In this document: positions 57,515-64,000 of the stretch, piece after piece
How the letters are laid out: each line of letters opens with the position of its first letter
How positions within the stretch are numbered: the stretch's first letter is position 1
Assembly: GCA_050873805.1 (NCBI GenBank)
Contig: JBNMJN010000009.1
Span: 1,871-65,870, forward strand
Length of the DNA: 64,000 nt
Source: Prevotellaceae bacterium
Lineage (GTDB): Bacteria > Bacteroidota > Bacteroidia > Bacteroidales > Bacteroidaceae
Reading direction: 5' to 3'
Notes under the pieces: generated by a model
What the model was told of the DNA's origin: nothing
The model's database searches: none
What the model saw: only the letters and a program-made list of their open reading frames with translations
Program-made: the position numbers and the translations under genes

Positions 57515-60500
57515 ATGGCAAAAGAAAAGAAATTTGTGACATGGGACGGTAATACCTGTGCAGGACATGTGGCCTACATGTTCAGCGAGGTGGCCGCCAT
57601 CTATCCCATCACTCCCTCGTCTCCCATGGCGGAGCATGTGGACGAGTGGGCTGCCCAGGGGCGCAAGAACCTCTTCGGCGACACCGTGCTGGTGCAGGAG
57701 ATGCAGTCAGAGGCTGGCGCTGCAGGCGCCGTGCACGGCTCATTGCAGGCCGGTGCACTCACCTCCACATTCACTGCCAGCCAGGGCTTGCTGCTGATGA
57801 TTCCCAACATGTACAAGATTGCCGGTGAGCTGCTTCCCAGCGTCTTCCATGTGTCGGCCCGTACCGTGGCCACTCACTCCCTGTGTATCTTTGGTGACCA
57901 CAGCGATGTGATGGCTTGCCGCCAGACTGGTTTCGCCATGCTGTGCGAGGGCTCTGTGCAGGAAGTCATGGACCTGAGTGCTGTGGCTCACCTGGCTGCC
58001 ATCGAGGGACGTGTGCCATTCATCAACTTCTTCGACGGCTTCCGCACCTCGCATGAGTACCAGAAGGTGGAACTGCTGGAGGAGGACGATGTGCGTGACC
58101 TGGTGGACCAGAAGGCTGTGAGCGAGTTCCGCGCACGCGCACTCTCGCCCGAGCATCCCCAGGCAAAGGGCATGGCCGAGAATCCCGAGACCTTCTTCGC
58201 ACACCGCGAGTCCTGCAACCGCTACTACGATGCCATCCCCGGCATCGTGGAGAAGTACATGGCTGCCATCTCGGAGCGCACCGGCCGCAAGTATGAGCTC
58301 TTCTCATACTATGGTGCCGAGGATGCCGAGGATGTGATTATCCTGATGGGCTCTGCCACCGAGGCTGCCCGCGAGGCTATCGACTATGCCAACGCGCATG
58401 GCAAGAAGTATGGCATGGTGAGCGTGCATCTGTATCGCCCCTTCTCGGTGAAGCACCTCCTGAAGGCTGTGCCCCAGAGCTGCAAGCGCATCGCTGTGCT
58501 CGACCGTACCAAGGAGCCCGGCAGCAATGGAGAGCCTCTGTTGCTTGATGTCAAGGACGCATTCTATGGCGTGGAGAACGCTCCCGTGATAGTGGGTGGC
58601 CGCTACGGACTTGGTTCGGCCGACGTGACGCCTGCCATGATCCTGGGCGTGTATGAGAACCTGGAGCTGCCTCAGCCCAAGGACCACTTCACCATCGGCA
58701 TCGTGGACGACCTCACCTTCACCTCTCTGCCTCAGAAGGAAGAGATGGCTCTGGGAGGCAAGGGCGTGTTCGAGGCCAAGTTCTTCGGCCTGGGCGCCGA
58801 CGGTACCGTGGGCGCCAACAAGAATTCGGTGAAGATCATCGGTGACAACACCGACAAGTACTGCCAGGCATACTTCTCTTATGACTCCAAGAAGTCGGGC
58901 GGATTCACCTGCTCGCACCTGCGTTTCGGTGACAACCCCATCCGCTCTACCTACCAGATTAAGACCCCCAACTTCGTGGCATGCCATGTGCAGGCTTACC
59001 TGCACATGTACGATGTGACACGCGGCCTGCAGCAGAACGGCCTGTTCCTGCTCAACACCATCTTTGAGGGTGAGGAGCTGGTGAACTTCATCCCCAACAA
59101 CGTGAAGAAGTACTTCGCCGAGAAGAACATCACCGTATATTACATCAACGCTACCAAGATAGCACAGGAGATAGGGCTGGGCAACCGCACCAACACCATC
59201 CTGCAGTCGGCTTTCTTCCGCATCACCGAGGTCATCCCCGTGGATCTGGCCGTGGAGCAGATGAAGAAGGCCATCGTGAAGTCGTATGGCAAGAAGGGCG
59301 AGGATGTGGTCAACATGAACTACGCTGCCGTGGACCGTGGCGGCGAGTACAAGCAGCTGGCCGTGGATCCCGCGTGGGCCAACCTGCCTGCTGATGAGAA
59401 GGTGACCTATGACGAGCCTGAGTATATCACCAACCTGGTGCGTCCTATCAACGCACAGCTGGGTGCCGACCTGCCTGTGTCGGCCTACAAGGGCATCGAG
59501 GATGGAGCCTGGGAGCAGGGGACAGCCGCCTACGAGAAGCGTGGCGTGGCTGGATTCGTTCCCGTGTGGAACCCCGACAACTGTATCCAGTGTAACAAGT
59601 GTGCCTTCGTTTGTCCTCACTCTTGCATCCGTCCCTTCGTGATGAATGATGAGGAGGTGGCTGGATTCCAGGGCAAGACCATCGACATGAAGGCTCCCGC
59701 TGCCATGAAGGGCATGCACTTTGTGATGCAGGTGAGCGTGAAGGACTGCCTGGGCTGCGGCAACTGTGCCGACATCTGTCCCGGTAATCCCAAGCTGGGC
59801 GGTCCTGCCCTCAAGATGGTTGCCTACGACGACTCATCCGAGGCCACCGCACAGGAGGCTGCCAACTGGGAGTACTGCGTCAAGCATGTGACCAGCAAGC
59901 AGGACTTGGTGGACATCAAGCAGAGCCCCAAGAACAGCCAGTTTGCCACACCGCTGTTTGAGTTCAGCGGCGCATGCTCGGGCTGTGGCGAGACTCCCTA
60001 TGTGAAGCTCATCGCACAGCTCTTCGGTGACCGTGAGATGGTGGCCAACGCTACGGGTTGCTCCAGCATCTACTCTGGCTCTATTCCCAGCACACCTTAC
60101 ACCAAGAATGCCAAGGGGCAGGGTCCCGCATGGAGCAACTCCCTGTTTGAGGACTTCTGCGAGTATGGCCTGGGCATGGTGCTTGCCACCAAGAAGATGA
60201 AGAAGCGCATCACCATGCTGCTCCAGGAAATCATCGCTGGCGACAAGGCAAGTGCCGAGTACAAGGCCGCAGCCCAGAACTGGATTGACCAGCAGAATGA
60301 TGCCGAGGGCTCAAAGGCTGCCGCTGCTGCCCTGAAGCCCTTCATCGCCGAGGGTGCTGCCGCAGGTTGTCCTGTGTGTGCCCAGCTCAAGGAACTTGAC
60401 CATTACCTGGTGAAGCGCAGCCAGTGGATTATCGGTGGCGACGGTGCCTCTTATGACATCGGCTACGGTGGTCTCGACCATGTGATTGGAAGTGGCGAGG

Positions 60501-61087
60501 ATGTCAACATCTTCGTGATTGACACCGAGGTTTACTCCAACACGGGCGGCCAGGCATCCAAGGCTACTCCCATCGGCGCCATTGCGCAGTTTGCCGCCAA
60601 CGGCAAGCGTGTGGGCAAGAAGGACCTGGGCCTGATGCAGGCTACTTATGGCAACGTGTATGTGGCACAGGTGGCCATGGGCGCCGACCAGAGCCAGTGC
60701 CTCAAGGCATTCCGCGAGGCCGAGGCTTGGCACGGACCCTCACTCGTCATCGGCTATGCTCCCTGTATCAACCACGGCCTGAAGGCCAAGGGTGGCATGG
60801 GCAAGAGCCAGGCCGAGGAGGCCAAGGCTGTGGAGTGCGGTTACTGGCACTTGTGGCGCAACAACCCCGCCCTGGCTGCCGAGGGCAAGAACCCCTTCCA
60901 GCTTGACAGCAAGGAGCCCGACTGGGATAAGTTCCAGAGCTTCCTCGAGGGTGAGGTGCGTTTCCTCTCTCTGAAGAAGGCCGCTCCTGCCGAGGCACAG
61001 GAACTGTATGATGCTTGTAAGGAGGCCGCCAAGCGCCGTTACAAGACCTACATCCGCAAGACTCAGGAGGACTGGTCGCTCGACTAA
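57515..61087 (+). CDS. nifJ: Pyruvate:ferredoxin (flavodoxin) oxidoreductase
   Basis: 1190 aa. Two 4Fe-4S ferredoxin motifs (CIQCNKCAFVCPH; CLGCGNCADICP). TPP-binding region GGDGASYDIGYGGLDH. Confidence 0.95.
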   Translation: MAKEKKFVTWDGNTCAGHVAYMFSEVAAIYPITPSSPMAEHVDEWAAQGRKNLFGDTVLVQEMQSEAGAAGAVHGSLQAGALTSTFTASQGLLLMIPNMYKIAGELLPSVFHVSARTVATHSLCIFGDHSDVMACRQTGFAMLCEGSVQEVMDLSAVAHLAAIEGRVPFINFFDGFRTSHEYQKVELLEEDDVRDLVDQKAVSEFRARALSPEHPQAKGMAENPETFFAHRESCNRYYDAIPGIVEKYMAAISERTGRKYELFSYYGAEDAEDVIILMGSATEAAREAIDYANAHGKKYGMVSVHLYRPFSVKHLLKAVPQSCKRIAVLDRTKEPGSNGEPLLLDVKDAFYGVENAPVIVGGRYGLGSADVTPAMILGVYENLELPQPKDHFTIGIVDDLTFTSLPQKEEMALGGKGVFEAKFFGLGADGTVGANKNSVKIIGDNTDKYCQAYFSYDSKKSGGFTCSHLRFGDNPIRSTYQIKTPNFVACHVQAYLHMYDVTRGLQQNGLFLLNTIFEGEELVNFIPNNVKKYFAEKNITVYYINATKIAQEIGLGNRTNTILQSAFFRITEVIPVDLAVEQMKKAIVKSYGKKGEDVVNMNYAAVDRGGEYKQLAVDPAWANLPADEKVTYDEPEYITNLVRPINAQLGADLPVSAYKGIEDGAWEQGTAAYEKRGVAGFVPVWNPDNCIQCNKCAFVCPHSCIRPFVMNDEEVAGFQGKTIDMKAPAAMKGMHFVMQVSVKDCLGCGNCADICPGNPKLGGPALKMVAYDDSSEATAQEAANWEYCVKHVTSKQDLVDIKQSPKNSQFATPLFEFSGACSGCGETPYVKLIAQLFGDREMVANATGCSSIYSGSIPSTPYTKNAKGQGPAWSNSLFEDFCEYGLGMVLATKKMKKRITMLLQEIIAGDKASAEYKAAAQNWIDQQNDAEGSKAAAAALKPFIAEGAAAGCPVCAQLKELDHYLVKRSQWIIGGDGASYDIGYGGLDHVIGSGEDVNIFVIDTEVYSNTGGQASKATPIGAIAQFAANGKRVGKKDLGLMQATYGNVYVAQVAMGADQSQCLKAFREAEAWHGPSLVIGYAPCINHGLKAKGGMGKSQAEEAKAVECGYWHLWRNNPALAAEGKNPFQLDSKEPDWDKFQSFLEGEVRFLSLKKAAPAEAQELYDACKEAAKRRYKTYIRKTQEDWSLD

Positions 61088-61152
61088 ATCCTTCCTCGCG
61101 CTTAGGACAAGCACAGGTTGCCACCACCAGGTGGCAGCCCACCGATAATCAA

Positions 61153-61201
61153 GGAAGCATCCAGGGATGGCGAGAGCCGCCTGGGTGCTTCCTCTTTTTT
61201 C
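61153..61201 (+). terminator. Rho-independent terminator of nifJ
   Basis: 13-bp stem ggaagcatccagg / cctgggtgcttcc (one G-U wobble) followed by tcttttttc. Confidence 0.7.
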
Positions 61202-61340
61202 TTTGCTTGCCCGCAGACTCTTCTGGCCTCTTGCGCAATAGGAGCAGGGGGGCAGGATGGGGGGCTGTATAGCCGTGTTGGCATTTGGCAAGTATGTTCT
61301 GGCAACAAAATGAGGTGGAAAACGTAAATTAGTGGCAAAT

Positions 61341-61350
61341 GGGGGGGGGG
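61341..61350. repeat. G10 homopolymer tract
   Basis: Ten consecutive G residues read directly from the sequence. The tract is intergenic, 95 bp upstream of ATG 61445. Confidence 0.95.
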
Positions 61351-61370
61351 TATTTTATATAGTTTATGCC

Positions 61371-61378
61371 TAACTTTG
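61371..61378 (+). promoter_or_regulatory. Bacteroidota -7 box (TAACTTTG) upstream of the LRR surface protein gene
   Basis: TAACTTTG lies 67 nt upstream of ATG 61445 and 20 nt downstream of the G10 tract. Confidence 0.45.
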
Positions 61379-61444
61379 CACTTGCTTGTGAACTTGTCAT
61401 AGAGGAGATAAGCATTAGAGAGGATACAAATAATCAAGATACAA

Positions 61445-64000
61445 ATGAAAACGAGGAAGAATGAACCCGGCTGTTTGCAGCCAGGCGGAAGATGTGTAGC
61501 ATGGCGCATGCTGCTGGCAGTAATGTTGCTTGTCGCTGGGGTGGCAAACGCTTTTGCCAGCGATGAGGTGCATGCTGTGATTAATGGTGTGCCCTATGTG
61601 CTCTATCCCGACCCTGGGACGGCCAACTTCGATTATGATTATGATGGCGAGTGCGGAAAGAACATGCTTTTCGTGCGATACGTGTCATGTTACGTGAACG
61701 GAAAGCCTGTGAAATTCGATGCCGGCAACGAGGTGACCGAACTTGGCAGTTATCCTAAATTCCGCAATGTGGAAAGCGTGACAATAGGCGATGGCATAGA
61801 GAAGATCGCTAGCTCTGTTTTTGCTTACTGGGAAGGGCTGAAATCAGTGTCGTTCAAATCGTCCGACTTGAAGACAATTGGAGAAAGTGCTTTCGAAAAA
61901 TGCGAGTATTTGCAGAAGGTGCTTTACTATGGCGAGGACACCACCAGTGAGCCGCTCACCTTTGGCTCCCAGTGTTTTCTGGGCTGCACCAGCCTCACCA
62001 CTGTGACAGTGCCCAGCAACCGCCCTTATGCGTTCTCTGGGACAAAGCAGTTCTACGGCTGCACCAGTCTGACAAGTTTCAGCTTGCCCAAGGGGTTGCA
62101 GAAGAACTCTGATGGCTTGATGCTGCCCAGCGGCATGTTTGGCAACTGCTCCAATCTCGCTGATTTGGCGATATCCGACCATGTCAGCCAGGCAGAAATG
62201 GCTGCCGATGCTTTCCAGGTGAGCCAGCTCACCACCTTCTCCATGCCCTTCAGCGTGACCTACGATGCCACAGCCATCAACGGCGATTCCGTGTCCGTGA
62301 GCGACAAGGCACTCAATGTGCGCATCAATCTGAAAGACAACACGGCACAGCTCCTCGGCGCTTCCGACCCCGAGAGCGGCATATTCTATGTGCCCGATGC
62401 GTTCACCATCGTCGATGACTATAAGGCTATGGGCTTGCCCACATCATGCCGCCTCACCGGACTGGGCGACAACTGCCTGCGCACCAATATGGCCAACTCC
62501 ATAGTGATGCCTAAGTCGATGCCCATAAAGGGGTGCTTCGGAATAACCGAGGCACGAAATAATGCCACACAGGCACCCTTGGCAAAGAACTGCTTCAACC
62601 CAGGTGTCAAGGAAGGATGGACGGACCCATATGCCAAGGAGCCCATACTCGCCACGATATTTTTCTACACTGAGGACGGCACGCACTTCATGTATCGTCA
62701 GTGGTTCGAACACAAATATCCACAATGCGACCTGAGATACGCTGATGACGGCAACGGCAACTATGGGTGGGAGACAAAAACGCAGCAGATAGAGAATGTC
62801 GTTGTCCCGCATGCCATATATCTCTCCAACCTGCCTCTCGACTACTGGGAAAAGACTGACGAGTGGCCCATGAATCAAATCAATCCGTTGCTGAACGATA
62901 TTGATGATGGCTGCTACGACAATAACCTTTACGTCAAAAACATCAAGTTTGTTGATTCTGATGATGAAATGTACAATCTCACCATTGGCAAAGCGTTTAA
63001 CAATTGTCCAGGGCTGACAGAGGTGATATTACCCAGACGTGTGAATGGCGTGAGTGGATTCAACAACTGCGACAACTTGAAGAAGGTTACAATACTGAAA
63101 TTCAATAAAGAGCTGACTGTTGGTTTCGATGCCTTCAAGGCATGCCAGAACCTTGAGGAACTCTCCATAAAGCGACCTTTGGAGTTGTCCGACTGTGCTT
63201 TCATCGATTGTCCGAGCATCAAAGAGTTCCACGCAGAGGCTGGCGTCACCTCCATCGGCATACACGCATTCAAGAACTGCACAAGTCTGCGCAGCATAAA
63301 GATCGAGAACACCTTGGGATACACAGGATTCACATTGGACAAAATAAATGGTGGCGCATTCGAGAACAGCCCGAACCTCACCGAGGCGGAGTTCGTCCTG
63401 CCCGTAAACACCGTGTGCAAGAATGCGTTTGCAAACTGCCCCAATCTGGCTACACTTCGATTCAATCAGCATGTGGGCAAGATTGAAGCCAATTTCATGG
63501 ATTCAAACGTTGGCATAAAGACCCTCTACTTCGGCCAAGACATCACCATCATAGGCGAAAGGGCCTTTGCCGAATGCCCCAATCTGAGCAGTGTCACCTT
63601 CGCCGGTGCTGTGGGCACTGTGGGCGACAAGGCCTTTTACAAAGAGAGCACTCTTTCCTCGGTCAGCTTCGGCTCCACTCTCGACCTGATTGGCCAAAAC
63701 GCTTTCTCCAACTGCAAGGCTCTTACCGACCTCACCTTCGGTGGAGCTGTCGGCAAAGTGGGCTTCCGAGCATTCGAGAGATGTGAGGGCCTGACGAGCC
63801 TCACGCTGGCGATGAATACCGACAAGGAGGCTGAGCTGGACCAATATGCGTTCAACGCATGCTCCAACCTTCGCTATGTCATACTGAGGGACTGCAGGAA
63901 AATCGGTGGCGTGGCCTTCTGGCAATGCGGAAAACTCGTGTCGGCACAGTTGGGCGACAGTCTCACTTCGCTTGGCGATGATGCGTTCAGCGCCGCTCCC
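61445..64000 (+). CDS. BspA-type leucine-rich-repeat surface protein (partial; continues past the window end)
   Basis: My own translation from ATG 61445 is open for 852 codons to position 64000, so it is absent from the ORF track. Signal peptide MLLAVMLLVAGVANAFA (alternative start 61508). Repeated ...I..AF..C..L..V.. units (IGESAFEKCEYLQKV; IGIHAFKNCTSLRSI; IGERAFAECPNLSSV; IGQNAFSNCKALTDL). Confidence 0.8.
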   Translation, partial: MKTRKNEPGCLQPGGRCVAWRMLLAVMLLVAGVANAFASDEVHAVINGVPYVLYPDPGTANFDYDYDGECGKNMLFVRYVSCYVNGKPVKFDAGNEVTELGSYPKFRNVESVTIGDGIEKIASSVFAYWEGLKSVSFKSSDLKTIGESAFEKCEYLQKVLYYGEDTTSEPLTFGSQCFLGCTSLTTVTVPSNRPYAFSGTKQFYGCTSLTSFSLPKGLQKNSDGLMLPSGMFGNCSNLADLAISDHVSQAEMAADAFQVSQLTTFSMPFSVTYDATAINGDSVSVSDKALNVRINLKDNTAQLLGASDPESGIFYVPDAFTIVDDYKAMGLPTSCRLTGLGDNCLRTNMANSIVMPKSMPIKGCFGITEARNNATQAPLAKNCFNPGVKEGWTDPYAKEPILATIFFYTEDGTHFMYRQWFEHKYPQCDLRYADDGNGNYGWETKTQQIENVVVPHAIYLSNLPLDYWEKTDEWPMNQINPLLNDIDDGCYDNNLYVKNIKFVDSDDEMYNLTIGKAFNNCPGLTEVILPRRVNGVSGFNNCDNLKKVTILKFNKELTVGFDAFKACQNLEELSIKRPLELSDCAFIDCPSIKEFHAEAGVTSIGIHAFKNCTSLRSIKIENTLGYTGFTLDKINGGAFENSPNLTEAEFVLPVNTVCKNAFANCPNLATLRFNQHVGKIEANFMDSNVGIKTLYFGQDITIIGERAFAECPNLSSVTFAGAVGTVGDKAFYKESTLSSVSFGSTLDLIGQNAFSNCKALTDLTFGGAVGKVGFRAFERCEGLTSLTLAMNTDKEAELDQYAFNACSNLRYVILRDCRKIGGVAFWQCGKLVSAQLGDSLTSLGDDAFSAAP

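Overview
The window looks like a Bacteroidota (Bacteroidales-like) chromosome segment. The cues are TAnnTTTG -7 promoter boxes, an archaeal-type ProRS, a BspA-type LRR protein and lipoprotein-rich surface genes. It has three parts. (1) 1 to ~24.1 kb is the right-hand part of a siphovirus-like prophage. A packaging/portal block on the minus strand carries Mu-type head genes (DUF935-like portal, DUF1320/gp36-like). It diverges from a plus-strand block: prohead protease-scaffold, major capsid, amidase endolysin plus a TM/lipoprotein pair, tail tube, chaperone pair, a 1394-aa tape measure, Dit/Tal-like proteins and a 2257-aa multidomain tail fibre. The C-terminal lectin-like domain of that fibre shows the codon signature of a diversity-generating-retroelement variable region. 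The prophage seems to end in three phased short repeats that abut a 5'-truncated DUF1016 nuclease gene. (2) ~24.1 to 45.8 kb is an accessory/defence region, mostly visibly AT-richer than its flanks. It holds a C5-methyltransferase + McrB-like GTPase + McrC/DUF2357-like nuclease operon (LlaJI-like) and a high-GC ZIP metal transporter. It also holds a complete Wadjet jetABCD operon followed by an uncharacterised tandem-domain gene whose stop overlaps the ZIP start, an OMP/lipoprotein pair, and a 1634-aa DnaQ-exonuclease/RecQ/UvrD triple-fusion helicase. (3) 45.8 to 64 kb is housekeeping: esterase, phosphoesterase, MATE, GH43, flavoprotein, proS, OmpA-like lipoprotein, mtgA, an AAA ATPase and PFOR/nifJ. 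Oddities there are a 22-bp tandem repeat, a C-terminal dcm relic, and a G10 tract in the promoter of a partial BspA-like LRR surface protein. No rRNA, tRNA or CRISPR array was seen. All calls rest on reading the supplied translations and DNA by eye; no database search was run.
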